Shown: positions 25,230-36,400 of the stretch, in pieces
Layout of the letters: each line of letters starts with the position of its first letter
Numbering within the stretch: the first letter of the stretch is position 1
From: Vicugna vicugna
Lineage: Eukaryota
Reading direction: 5' to 3'
DNA: 64,000 bases
Assembly (NCBI GenBank): GCA_013265495.1
Contig: MU058213.1
Location: 7,208,066-7,272,065, forward strand
Position numbers and translations under genes: made by a program
Notes under the pieces: model-generated
Databases searched by the model: none
The model's input: only the letters and a program-made list of their open reading frames with translations
What the model was told of the DNA's origin: nothing

Positions 25230-25662
25230 TGTAACAGGGAAAAACCTTTGTATTCTATTACAAGTTAACTACTAAAGGGTGCTGCCTATTAGCTTGAATA
25301 CTTTCAGTATACTGAAAGGACCATCTCTGGGAACGCTGTTTCCCAGATAAAGAGCATTAAGCTAAAATACCTTTGATTAGTCCAGAGGAAACATCCTAAC
25401 CAAGCCCACCTGTGAATGGCTGCAGGAAGGAAGAAATTAACACAGCTCCTCTGCAGTCTGGCCATAACCAGAACTTTATTCCCTCCCCTTTTAGTACAAA
25501 AGACTGAATTCGAAGTTGGGGAAGGCCACTCTTTGAGACAATAGTCCATCTTCTCGGTCTCCTGGCTTTCCGAATAAAGTCACTATTCCTGGCCCCAACA
25601 ACTGCTCTCTTGATTTACTGGCCTGTCATGTGGCAAGAAGTACAGGCTTGGACTCGGTAACA
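25230..25662 (+). mobile_element. ERV1-type solo LTR in ICE2 intron 2
   Basis: TG...CA termini (tgtaacaggg ... ggactcggtaaca), AATAAA at ~25573 followed by U5-like text. No clean TSD. Confidence 0.75.
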
Positions 25663-25900
25663 ATTATACCTAGTGGTAATCTAAGTGTTGAATTGTCATT
25701 TTAGGAGAGGAAGTACAGTCAGTGCTAACTCAAAAGTGTTCAGTAGGGGAAGATGAGGATGGGGTAAATTCTAAGCCACTGAATTTATATTCCCTTTCTG
25801 TTTCCTCGAAATCTCTCCAAGCCAGACACCATCCATTCCTAATCCAGCCACCAGACCCACTTCAATCTTCTTTAGGGGATTACAAACAAATGTAACTCAC

Positions 25901-25941
25901 CAGTTCAGCCTTGGTTCGCCCATGGCCATCATGGAGCTCAT
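25901..25941 (-). CDS. ICE2: ICE2 first coding segment of exon 2, MSSMMAMGEPRLN(W); whole exon 2 probably 25901-26039
   Basis: ATG at 25941-25939, CTG|GTGAG donor, upstream acceptor TTTTGTGTTTCCTCAG and an in-frame upstream TAG. Aligns with the recalled human N-terminus MSSKMVISEPGLNW. Confidence 0.92.
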
Positions 25942-26739
25942 ATTCCTAGATTTCTGCTTCACTCTAGTTCACAATTTTGCTGCCTGGCAGTAAGTGCAGG
26001 CTCCAGAGGGTACAGGATTTCTCTAGTATTTACACTCAACTGAGGAAACACAAAAGGTCAAGATCAAAAGCAGGTGATTGGCTGGGCCAGGTATTGTTAA
26101 CTGAGACAAGAACCTGTTCCTAACACCTACCTTCAATTGACAAGGGCACCTAAAAGAGAAAAAAGCGGACAGATGAATACTCCCAACGTCTTTGCAGCAG
26201 AACAGGGAAGCTGATGATCCTTAGTCCAGGAACGTCATTGACACTCACTGAAGAAATAGAAGCCCCAGAAGAACGGACGTGAGCTCCCCATCTCCTACCC
26301 CCTACCCCCGCCCCTCTTACTGCCAAAATAAATCTTTCTTCCGTTTTCCTAGCTATACACTGTTACGGGGCAGATTCCGGCAAATCACGCAGGGCAGAAG
26401 CTCTCTGGACATCAATAATCCTTCAGGAAGAATCTCACTTTTGAGGAGATTAAGGCCCAATAACTGACAATTCACAAGTTCACTTAGAGGAATCAGGACT
26501 ACAAATCTGGCTCGCACATGAACCCCGCATGCTCAGTGTTTCTCCTGCCACCCCAGAAAGACAGATAGAGTGTGTGAGCAACCAGCAGTTAAGTGTAGGC
26601 GTCGTCTCTCAATACCTGACCTAACCCACCTCCCACACTTCCACCCAGTGTGGGGCTGGGACGGGAGAGCCGATGAAGGCAAAGGGATGGCTGAGGGAAA
26701 GGGGATGAAAGGAGAAACAATGCTCCAGAAAAGGAGGTA

Positions 26740-27215
26740 AAGCCGCGAGGAAAAAACCGCGGGAGGGGCCGCGCCAGCACCAGGAGCCGAGGGGCCCGGC
26801 CCGGCCCGGGGGCCGCCATGTTCCCTCCTCCCGCCGCTCAAGAGCGCGCCCGCCTGCGCTCCCTCCCCGCAGCGTCTCCGCAGCAAAGCAGCCTTCCGGC
26901 CCACCTCGTGGTCCGCGGCGGCTCGGCCCGGGCCGCACTCCCCGCGCCACACACAAACACACTCCACCCTACTCCTCTCTGTCGCGCGCGACGGGGGAAG
27001 GCCGTATTTAAAGGACGTGGCCGCGCCGCCTGGGCCCTGCGTGATGACGTCACCAACGACCAAGCGGGCGGGGCCGGAGCGACTCAGAAGGGCTGTCCCC
27101 GCCTCGGCTCCCTACCCAGCAAACTCCCCGGCCTGAGAGGCTGGCGACTGCATGTTTTCTCAGAAAGCCCTCGATCTTGTGGGGGTCGTAGACTGGAAGG
27201 GGGACCGGCCACAAG
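26740..27215. promoter_or_regulatory. ICE2: CpG island / ICE2 promoter and non-coding exon 1
   Basis: Only strongly CpG/GC-rich stretch in the window, directly upstream of ICE2 exon 2. Palindromic CRE TGACGTCA 27045-27052, TATTTAAA 27005-27012, YY1-type GCCGCCATGTT 26812-26822, GC boxes, candidate exon-1 donor GAG|GTGGGC at 26905/26904. Confidence 0.88.
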
Positions 27216-27235
27216 TAAAGTACTGAAAAGACCCA

Positions 27236-27395
27236 GACTTGGTTGTGACCTTAGGCAAATGTCTTAACTTCCCTAACCCTGACTCCTCATCAGTGAAATG
27301 GAGATACTATTAGCACCTACTTAGTAGGGTTTTTGAAAGGATTAAATGAGATAAGGGACAAAGCTGTGCTCAGCCGGGTACCTGGCACATGGTAG
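27236..27395 (+). mobile_element. MIR SINE
   Basis: tgtgaccttaggcaaatgtcttaacttc...ctcctcatcagtgaaatggagata...aggattaaatgagataa. Confidence 0.8.
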
Positions 27396-27489
27396 CACCT
27401 CCACTCCATTCTCGTCCCATTTTAGATGTCAGTTTCCTCCAGCGGTCACTCTGGCTCTCACAGTAGTTTTACTTTTATTTACTAAGGGA

Positions 27490-28260
27490 AGATTTATTGA
27501 GCACTTAAAATTTGTGCTTGGTGCTTCATATGCAGAGGACTCAGACCCAATACGGGTTTTTCCAAGAGCTTTTTGATCATTGGAAATCTAACACACACAT
27601 TAAATAATTTCAAAAAGAAATAGAAAGTGATAAGCTACACAAAAGAGGTATTATAGAAAAGACTGAGTTCAGAGAGGGAGAGAAATTACTGGAGAGAGGG
27701 ACAGAAAGCAGTCTTTGAATAGCTAAAGACATCTATGAGTACTTACATGTCAGTTACCACATTGGGCACTTGACATGTCAGTTCATTTGAAGAATTTGAA
27801 GTTTGTGGATGATGGGAAAGGACATTCTAGGCAGAGACCAGCACAAGGAGCTGAGTAAGCCTATTGCATGAATAGAGTCCAGTTTGTATGCTAGCGAAAG
27901 CATGTTCTAAATTTTGGAATGATTTACGATATTGTTTAAAATTATGTTTACATAAAAATTATACTTATGTTAAAAATCTCCCTTCAACACAGGGACCCTT
28001 AGATGGTTTATTTTGCCTGCAATGCAAAGTCTCTGAAGAGTAGTAGAGGAAAGAGCTTTGGAAAAATAGCTTAGAACCAGTCTGTAGAAGACTTTACAAG
28101 CCAGACTAAGGATTTTGACTTTATTGTATAAGAAATAGAATGCTGGAAGGAAGAGGGAGCTTATAAGGAGGGGAATGACACAATCAGAGCGTATCTGTGT
28201 TAAGAGGTGTTATCTGACACCGTATTGAATGAGTTGTAGGGAAGAGGCTGGTTAGGAGAC
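27490..28260 (-). mobile_element. L2 fragments
   Basis: atttattgagcactt, ggacattctaggcagag, aagccagactaagggattttgactttatt. Confidence 0.6.
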
Positions 28261-28614
28261 GGCTTGTGAATGCTTGCAAATCAACTGGTGCAGTGCTTAG
28301 CACTGTGGGGTAACATTTCTTATTGGGTGAGTGATGTGGATACATGTACTAGGACAGAGATGGCCATCAAGGTGGTGTAGAGGTTTACGTGTTGGATACT
28401 ATCTTGCAAGGCATGCACAGTTGGGATTCCTGTCCTAGTCTGCTCAAGAACTGCTCAAGAACTGCTCAAGCACTCATGTTGCTGGGGTATACCAGCCCAT
28501 GGTCATGTGGCATGGTAACATCGCTAGATCTGGCCTGTGCTGAGATACAGATTATCAACAAACACTGTGCTCTTGTTCCATGTATCTGAGTTCCGGTGGT
28601 TGCAAGATAGCACA

Positions 28615-29055
28615 CAGAATCAGAATTTTTAGAGCCAGAAGGAACTTTGGAGATTATCTAGTCCAACTCTTTTGTTTTCCTGATAAGGAAACTGAGGCCC
28701 ACATGTCAAGTGACTTTACCAACATTACATGATCAGTGATGAAACTGAGACTACAAATCAGTTCTCATAACTTTTGCCATTAAAATACATTAAATATATG
28801 CATCCTTTCCTCTTTATGCTCTTTGTAAACCAGAAGCTGTTCAATGAAAAGAACATGGATTTTTGGAGTCCAGCCAGTATGGGTTTGTATCTCAATTTTC
28901 CTGCTTACTGAAGATGTGATCTTAGACATGTGGTGCCTCAGTTTCCTCATCTGGGTAATGGGTGAGGTAACGTCTCACCTACAGGTTTGTTGTGAGGATT
29001 AGAAGTAGTATGTAAAAAGTGCACAGCCACGGGTAAATGCTCAAAAAATACTGGA
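28615..29055. mobile_element. Two MIR-family SINE fragments in opposite orientation
   Basis: gaaggaactttggagattatctagtccaac...gaaactgaggccca (reverse) and tgtgatcttagac...cctcagtttcctcatctg...gttgtgaggatta (forward). Confidence 0.7.
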
Positions 29056-29130
29056 TGTTAGTATATACTTTTATGTCAAAAACAAACAAATAAGCAAATA
29101 AACCCAACAACCCACAGTGGGGGGCGGCAT

Positions 29131-29632
29131 TGTTAACAGATGATTGTAATATAAATAAGTAATAATGCACTGCTAACTAAAGAATGTCACTTGCCATCTG
29201 GCTCTACAAGTCATTAGCCGCTGCAAACACTGACCTTTAAATACACCCTGAAAGGAGTTCAGGACAGAGAACAGAAATGAGACACTGTGTCCTCTGGAAA
29301 AACTCGCACGACTGGCATTTAGATAGATATTTGCAAGAGAGATTTTTTATGAACCTGGATTCTGGCATCCTCCCATACTTAGAAAAGCACTAAAATCATT
29401 AACTGAAATATCTGTTCCTCCTGACTAGCAGCAACCTTCTCCTGAGATGTGTGTCTGGTTATAGGTACCCCCTTCACCAGAATCACATGTATACTGGCCT
29501 CCCCCTTACCTCTTTGGAGCAGTTCCTCAGAGCTATCTGAGAGGCTGTCTTCTGAGCTATACTCCTCAGTAAGGCCCTAAGTAAAACTGAAACTTACAGC
29601 GTTCATGTTGTGTGTTTTTATTTAAGTTGACA
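29131..29632 (+). mobile_element. ERV1-type (MER34-like) solo LTR
   Basis: tgttaacaga ... tttaagttgaca termini; internal ccttacctctttggagcagttcctcagagctatctgagaggctgtct and ctcagtaagg. Confidence 0.7.
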
Positions 29633-29949
29633 ACACATAGACATGCATATTATACACAATAAAGAATGACACCATTCTCACTGAGACAGTTTCGAGACTA
29701 CCTCAGAGAGGAAATTTAATTTACGTTGGGTCTTGAAGGATGAGTAGGAGTTCACTGGGTTAAGAAAGGGCTGTGATTTAGTGGGTGTGAAAAGCGCAGA
29801 AGTGTGATGCATGTTGTGGGGAAGGGGGAAAGCTACTGTATTGTTGGCTGGGGGAAATGAAGGCAATTGGACTGGGGGCCAGAGAGAGTCTTCATGCTGT
29901 GCTAGAGAGCTTGAAAGTTTGGAATGTTTTCTCTGGGTGATAGAGAAAC

Positions 29950-29952
<3 letters not shown>

Positions 29953-29986
<34 letters not shown>
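29953..29986. repeat. (TG)n microsatellite
   Basis: Uninterrupted tg run of about 17 units. Confidence 0.95.
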
Positions 29987-29994
<8 letters not shown>

Positions 29995-30610
29995 CTTTAT
30001 TGAGGTGTAATCTATGTACTATAAAATTCACCCATTTTAGTTATTCACCGATTTTTAGTAAATGTACAGTTTTGCAACCAGCAACACTACAAGTTTTAGA
30101 ACATTTCCATTGTCCTGAAAAATCTAATGTACTCATTTGCAGTTAATCTTTCTTCCCACCACCAACTTCAGGCAAATACTAAGCTGCTTTGTGATTCTCC
30201 AGACTTGCCTTTTCTGGATATACCATGCAAGTGAAATGATACGAGATACAGTCTTTTGCATCTGGGTTCTTTCTCCTAGGCGATCATCCATTTCTGAGGA
30301 CCATCCATGTAGTAGCAAGTATTAGTAGTTGTTTTTTGTTTTTGTTTTTTGCTGAATAGTAGCACATTTGTGATTATGCCCCATTTTGTTTATCCATTCA
30401 ACACTCAATGGACATTAGATGGTTTTCACTTTTTCGCTATGAGTAATATTGTTACGAACATTTGTATACGAGTCTTTGTGTGAACTTTGTGTTTTCATTT
30501 CCCTTGGGCAGATACTTAGGAATAGAATTGTTGAGTTGAATAGTAAGTTTATGTTCCACTATTTAAGATGCTGCCAAACTGTTTTTCAAAGAGATTGTTC
30601 CATTTTATTC
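29987..30610 (-). mobile_element. L1MC/ME-type 3' fragment
   Basis: agctttattgaggtgtaat...aaattcacccatttt...ttgtttatccattca...ctgccaaactgtttttcaaa. Confidence 0.8.
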
Positions 30611-31789
30611 TGTGGGTATTCAAGCAGAAGAAAGATCTGGTTTCTGTTTCTGCTAAAATGAGAAACAAACAAATTTGTAAGTTAAATGAAAAGCCAGTAT
30701 CGTTTTGAAAGAATTTGTAACAGTACTTATTTTGAGTCTATAAAATGTTTTGTTGGACCAAAATTCCAAAAAGAACTTTGAAAACTGCAAGCACCTGGTT
30801 AAATGAGGTTATCAGAGTTGTTAGATGTTTATTTCTTCTTGTAGACCAAATCAAGACAGAGAAATGTGCAAGATCATCTATTTTTTTTTTAATCAGTGCC
30901 AAGTTATTTTCCTACCCCTCAGCTAATGAGCTTCCTTGGCTTGATTTGGGGTGAACTTGGCCTTGGAGAATTTATAGTTGGTAACTTCTTCACTCAGGGA
31001 GTTGCTTCATGAATTTACAATCATCCATAAGTTCCTTTCAAAATAAGAATCCAGAAATAGCCCTCTAGCAAAGAGGTTTCAATCTACTAATCGATTCAGA
31101 AACTAGTGGCCGAAATACTGTTGCCAGTAGAGGTTTGTTCCAATCGGATTTTTCACCAGTAAATGATATTTCAAGCGGGGAGGGAATTACTTCTCTTGAA
31201 AACCAGAAAAATACTAGCTATGCTGTGTCTAGGGTACGCTGTGTCACAACAGAATGACTACAAAGTTTTCAAAGTTTTCTACTTGGAAGACAATATTTTC
31301 TAAAGCATATTTTGTTGTATTCTGTATAACATATTCCCTGGGCTAAAAAAAGATCCAGAAATAACTTCATCTGAATGCTGGTCTTTTATAGGGAACACCG
31401 AACTCTTCCACGGAGAGTGGTTGATGAGAGAGAGAATTCCAAGCACACAACTGAACAGTCATTTCTGTTTGTTAGAATACAGTGTGTATTTTATTGGAGG
31501 GATAAAAAAAGAATGGTAGTAGGTGGATGTGAGACTTGCTAGGAGGTGACAATCATAATTAATTTTGAGTGGGGCTAATACTAAAATTAATTTTTCCTCT
31601 CTAAGCACAGAACAATGAATAGTTGAAGCAACTTCTCCCCCACAAAGAAGTAATTCTGGAATTAAAAATACTGTTTGAGAAGTCTATCAAGCAGTTAAAT
31701 AGCAGATTACTGAAACATAACTATATTTTACTAGAGTCAGTATTTCCCCTTCAAAGGAGAAAAGAAAAATTCAAGATCGAATTAAATGC

Positions 31790-32130
31790 ACAACGTGGAT
31801 GGACCTAGAGATTATCATACTAAGTGAAGTAAGTCAGTCAGAGAAAGACAAAGTTCATATGATATCACTTATATGTGGACTATAAAAAAATGACACAAAT
31901 GAACTTATTTACAAAACAGAGACTAATCGACATAGAAAACAAACTTATGGTTATGGGGTGGGGAGAGGGGTGGGGAGAGGGGTGGGAGGGATAAATTGGG
32001 AGTTTGGGATCGGCAGATACAAACTACTGTGTACAGAATAGATAAACAACAAGGTCCTACAGCACAGCACAGGGAACTATATTCAATGGCTTGTAATAAC
32101 CTGCAGGGAAAAAGAATATATATATATATG

Positions 32131-32162
<32 letters not shown>

Positions 32163-32258
32163 TCTATCTCTGAATGCCTATGCTGTATACCAGAAACTAA
32201 TAGAACGTTGTAAATCATCTATACTTCAATTTTAAAATGGGAAAAATTTAAAAAAAAA
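31790..32258 (+). mobile_element. 5'-truncated artiodactyl-type L1 3' end with internal (TA)n and A tail
   Basis: ggatggacctagagattatcatactaagtgaagtaagtcag...gataaacaacaaggtcctac...tatacttcaat. Degenerate TSD aattaaatgcacaa / aagtaagtgcacaa. Confidence 0.88.
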
Positions 32259-33130
32259 GTAAGTGCACAAAGATCAGTATGTTAGCTCCTTACAACATCA
32301 GAGATAAATGACGATAGGAAAAAAAAAAACACAGCATTTTCCTCCAGCTCACAACCAGTGGTTCAGGGAAGGGATGGAGTGCCTGTTGACCTTGCAAGAG
32401 GCTTCTGGCACCACTGGGAGTCTCGGCTTGCCTTCAGAAATGCTGAGGATCCAGCAGTGTGTTTCATGATGTTTGTTATACGCAGCAATTTTGGGGGATA
32501 TTTCAAATATGTATTTTACTAAGTGCCAGAGACGCTTAGGTATTGTAGAATGCGGGCAGAGGAAAAAGGCCAACTCTGTTGCCTTTATTCTGACTTCAGA
32601 ACATTTCATCATTTGAGTGTCGAGATTACTTGGAAAATTATTTACAAGGAGGTTTGGCATGGCTGAAATGGTGTGCTATTTAACTGATGTTAACTTTTAT
32701 TGGTTTACTCCTATCTGATCTACTCTGGAGAAGGGGTGGGGCTGGGATGGGGCAATGATAGCCCAGGCGAAGTCAGATTTTTAAAAGTCTCTGGCATCAT
32801 TAAAGTCTTCGGCATCCTTCTGACATTTCACTGTAATGATTTCTAAAGCAAAGATGACATGGTGTGCGTTCAGGATTTCTCCCCTTCTACCCTCAGGGCA
32901 GATATCCCCAATGGTTGGTCAGAGCACCCTTCTCCTTTGAGTCAGGAGACAGCCTCAGAATTCTCAATTCTGCATTGCTGGCAGCTACTACCAATCAACA
33001 GACGTTACTTCGCCAGTTAAAATTTCTTTCTTTGCCTTTCCTGATCAGAGGGTGGCTTGATCCTTGTATAGGTTTTTTTCTCCTGCAAAATAGAAATGAA
33101 TGATTTTTTTTTTAAGTACTACACTACAGA

Positions 33131-33304
33131 CCCATGCTTCTCAAACCTTGATATGCAGACCAGTCACCTGGGGGATCTTGTAAAAATGCACATTCTGATT
33201 TAGCAGGTCAGGGGTGGTGCCTGGGATTTGTGCATTTCTAACAAGGTCACCGTCGCAGGTGATGCCAGTGCTACTGGTCTGTGGACCACACTTTGAGTAG
33301 CAAG
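33131..33304. mobile_element. MER5A hAT-Charlie MITE
   Basis: gcttctcaaac...tcacctgggggatcttgtaaaaatgca...tgcatttctaacaag...ggaccacactttgagtagca. Confidence 0.85.
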
Positions 33305-33360
33305 GTTTTCTGGAGACAAGATGTAAGCTAGAAAACGCTGTGCAATGCAACTCGAGAACC

Positions 33361-33430
33361 AAGAAAAAAGAAGGAAAACAAGGCAAGTGTTCCATTAGAA
33401 GCTGAAATTTTATTATAGGATAACAGTACA
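33361..33430 (-). terminator. RORA: Distal RORA polyadenylation site
   Basis: Minus strand: TGTA (33430-33427), AATAAA (33413-33408), then U-rich CTTGCCTTGTTTTCCTTCTTTTTTCTT. Sits where TE-free sequence ends and TE-rich intergenic DNA begins. Confidence 0.75.
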
Positions 33431-36400
33431 TAAAGCACATCTAAAATTGATGTGTTCAATGCACTTTTAATAAAGGTAATGTAATATTAAAGGTACAGTT
33501 TCTAAGTACAATATAACAACATTCATATTAGAATGAAAATCGGAGTATTTAAAAGACAACATTAAATCTCTCTTTTTTTTTACAGCTTGTATTTACAAAA
33601 TGAATCAAAATATTTTTTTTTTAAATTCAGGACTCAATAAAATAACAAACAGCTGGAAATAAGCAGACTACTGTAAGAGTGAATTGAAAAGAAAACCCAA
33701 TGTATGTGAAAAGTTGGATGATCTCTAATAAAGATCATTAGCAAAGTTTTAGTACAATACTATTTTTAGGATTCCCATAAATGGCTTGCATTTTTTTAGT
33801 GTGGCAGAAAAGGAGTTTTTACATACTGTACACAAAACAGACAGCATATATTCATAGGTACAGTATTACTGTTTCCAAACTGGCATGTATATTTACAGAA
33901 GGCTGAGTTTGTTACTCACAGAGTTTTGTGAAATTTGTGTGCTTAATCCTCAAGACCTACACACAATTAGAATCAGCATTTCATGTGGTCTTTTAAAATG
34001 TGGCTTTCATACTCAGTTTTAGAAGAAAACATTAACCATAAGGCTTGGCATACTTTGTAAATTTACCGAAACAACCCAGGAAAACAGTTTGAATTGGGGC
34101 ACACTTGATGTCATTTAACAATTCGCAAATGCTGACATGTGCTGGCCATTGTGCAGACACAAAGAGATATAATCACCATCCTCGGGAAGCTAAGGATACT
34201 AAATGGTGCTAAAAAAAAAAGATTTCAATCCCTTTCTAAGCGAAGCAATAAGGAATGACATGATTTGTATTAAAGGAGATGTCTCCCTAAACGGTAGCCA
34301 ATTCACTTTAAAAGGTTAACTATTAGCATTAGCTCTCATTAACCACATGATTGCATTTATAATTAAGGTAACAGCAACTCTTCCATAAAAATGGAAAATG
34401 TCTAGAATTGTGGGCAAATATTCAGTGCATGGAAGCCAATAACCATGGCTTGAGAATTTATCACCTTCAATTACAAAAAGTGCAGTAAACAGAAACATTT
34501 GCTCTGTATTTATAAATTGCTCAAAAATCTTTGCTAAAGATCTTACAAATTCAGTAATAGTACAGAACAATTCTAACCAATATTTAATAAGGTCAACTAC
34601 GTCCTTAGTTAGATATTTGATATACTTTGACTTTTAACAATGCCGATAGGTCTCGGGAGAATGGGTGAAAGAGTTTAACTAAGCTCATTATTAAATGACT
34701 TTAAAAAGGAAAGTCCTTCACTCAGTTCATGGAACTGGTTGAGGTTATAGTCACACAGAACATCCCTCGTCAAATTTGCTTATGGCCCACGTTCCACCGT
34801 GACAGCGGACGTCTCTATATTTCTCATGGCTCAGGTAGGAGGGGAAGGGTTTATTCTGCCATCAAGCCACCAAGGAGATTTTAAATAAGTACCTATTGTC
34901 TATAATAGGAGCTAAGTACACAGCTCTGTCAGGTGCCAATAATATAATTCCTTAGTAAGAAAAAAAAAAAAAAACCACTCCGTTAAACTAGAGTGTTTCT
35001 TTAGGAGCTTGAAGGCCTGGCAAATTATTTCTCAGCTCAGGAGATACGGTATAAAGCCAAGTAGCAAACATAAAGTAAATGCTAATAAGTTTTCATAGAT
35101 CCATATTTATAAACAAATTCACCCTATAGATGTCAAATATCCATACTAAGGAAGTAATTTTATCCTAATTAAATACACTCTAGAATAATTTATATAATGA
35201 TATTATGTATTTAAAGAGAAAAGCATGTCCCAAATCCAGCACTCTGATACAGCTGCCAGTTGGGCACAGGTAGATATATATATATGTATATATATACAAA
35301 TATATAGTTATACTCAGTGAAATTAACAAGACCCAAAGGTGGTATTGTCTAGGAATAAAAGGGTTTTTTTGTTGTTCACAAAAGTAACTTATCTAGCACC
35401 ACACATCAGAAAAACACAAAAATAGCACACTCTAGTTCTAAACAGCTATGTCTAAAATAGATTATATAGTAAAACCAGTATTATACAGCATATTGTGGAT
35501 TTGATAAACAGATAAATATTTGCACTGAGTAGGCTGTTTATAATATAACATTTTCTTATCTATACAGAATGAAAGCCAAAAAGTTAACTGTATAGAGATG
35601 TGCAGAACAACATTAAATATTATGACTCAAAAGCAGGGACGAAGGTAAATTTGAAAGAAGAGTAAGAGAGAAAATGTTTACAGGCCATTACAAGTTCTTA
35701 AGTTAATAGTAAATAAGGAATCAATTGCTCAAGTTGAAGAAAGCAGTAAACAAGAGATTGCATTTACATGCAGATGTCTAAAATTTGTATTTTTTTAAGT
35801 CTATGCACAAAAGTCATGTTTTATTGCTTGACATTCAGTTATGGCTAGATTATTTAACCTATTTTTTTTTTGTACTTTGGAAACAAGAATATTGTTAAAG
35901 GTGCCATAAAAATGGACAACATTGAAAACGGTTTGCAAATAAACCACCTAACACTGCAGTTCTTTATACATATTAAAAGCCTTGTCTGGGGTTTGTCATA
36001 TGTTAAATATATTTAAACTGGGAAAATATGTTGTAGCTTGAAGCCTCCCATTGGCCCAAACATCCAATACAAAAACACATCTCCACAAAAGGAGCAGGCG
36101 GACAATACAGGAACATTTAAAGAAGCAGCCAGCTAATGTCCTAATGTTTAAAGATTTACCACTGTTGTATATGAAATTTCAAACCATCATAGATAAGAAG
36201 AGAATTTTGGATTCAGGAAGATGTGTACAGTACATACGGATTTTATTTTTTTGTGTGTGAAATCATATTCACTATATTGCTCAAGAATTATCTGCATTTA
36301 CATATGCAATCTGTTCAATGATAACCAAGTTCCTAGAAACAGTATTCATCCACATCAAAGTAATAATGAGTGAGAAAGGAATCGCACACAAACACAGGAG

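Noticed and set aside
26630..26819. N-terminal extension of ICE2 from the strong-context ATG at 26819 spliced via GAG|GTGGGT (26630) to exon 2
   Set aside because: The length would be in frame (288 nt), but exon 2 has an in-frame TAG before the main ATG. The ATG is more simply the core of a YY1 motif and is probably intronic.
26533..27267. Long GC-rich ORFs over the CpG island (176, 149, 113 aa)
   Set aside because: Expected from stop-codon scarcity in GC-rich DNA; low-complexity Ala/Gly/Pro/Arg content.
28440..28470. Short tandem repeats (ctgctcaagaa x~3; also 18600-18625, 23105-23145, 14500-14545)
   Set aside because: Small slippage duplications without spacers. Not CRISPR-like and no sign of function.
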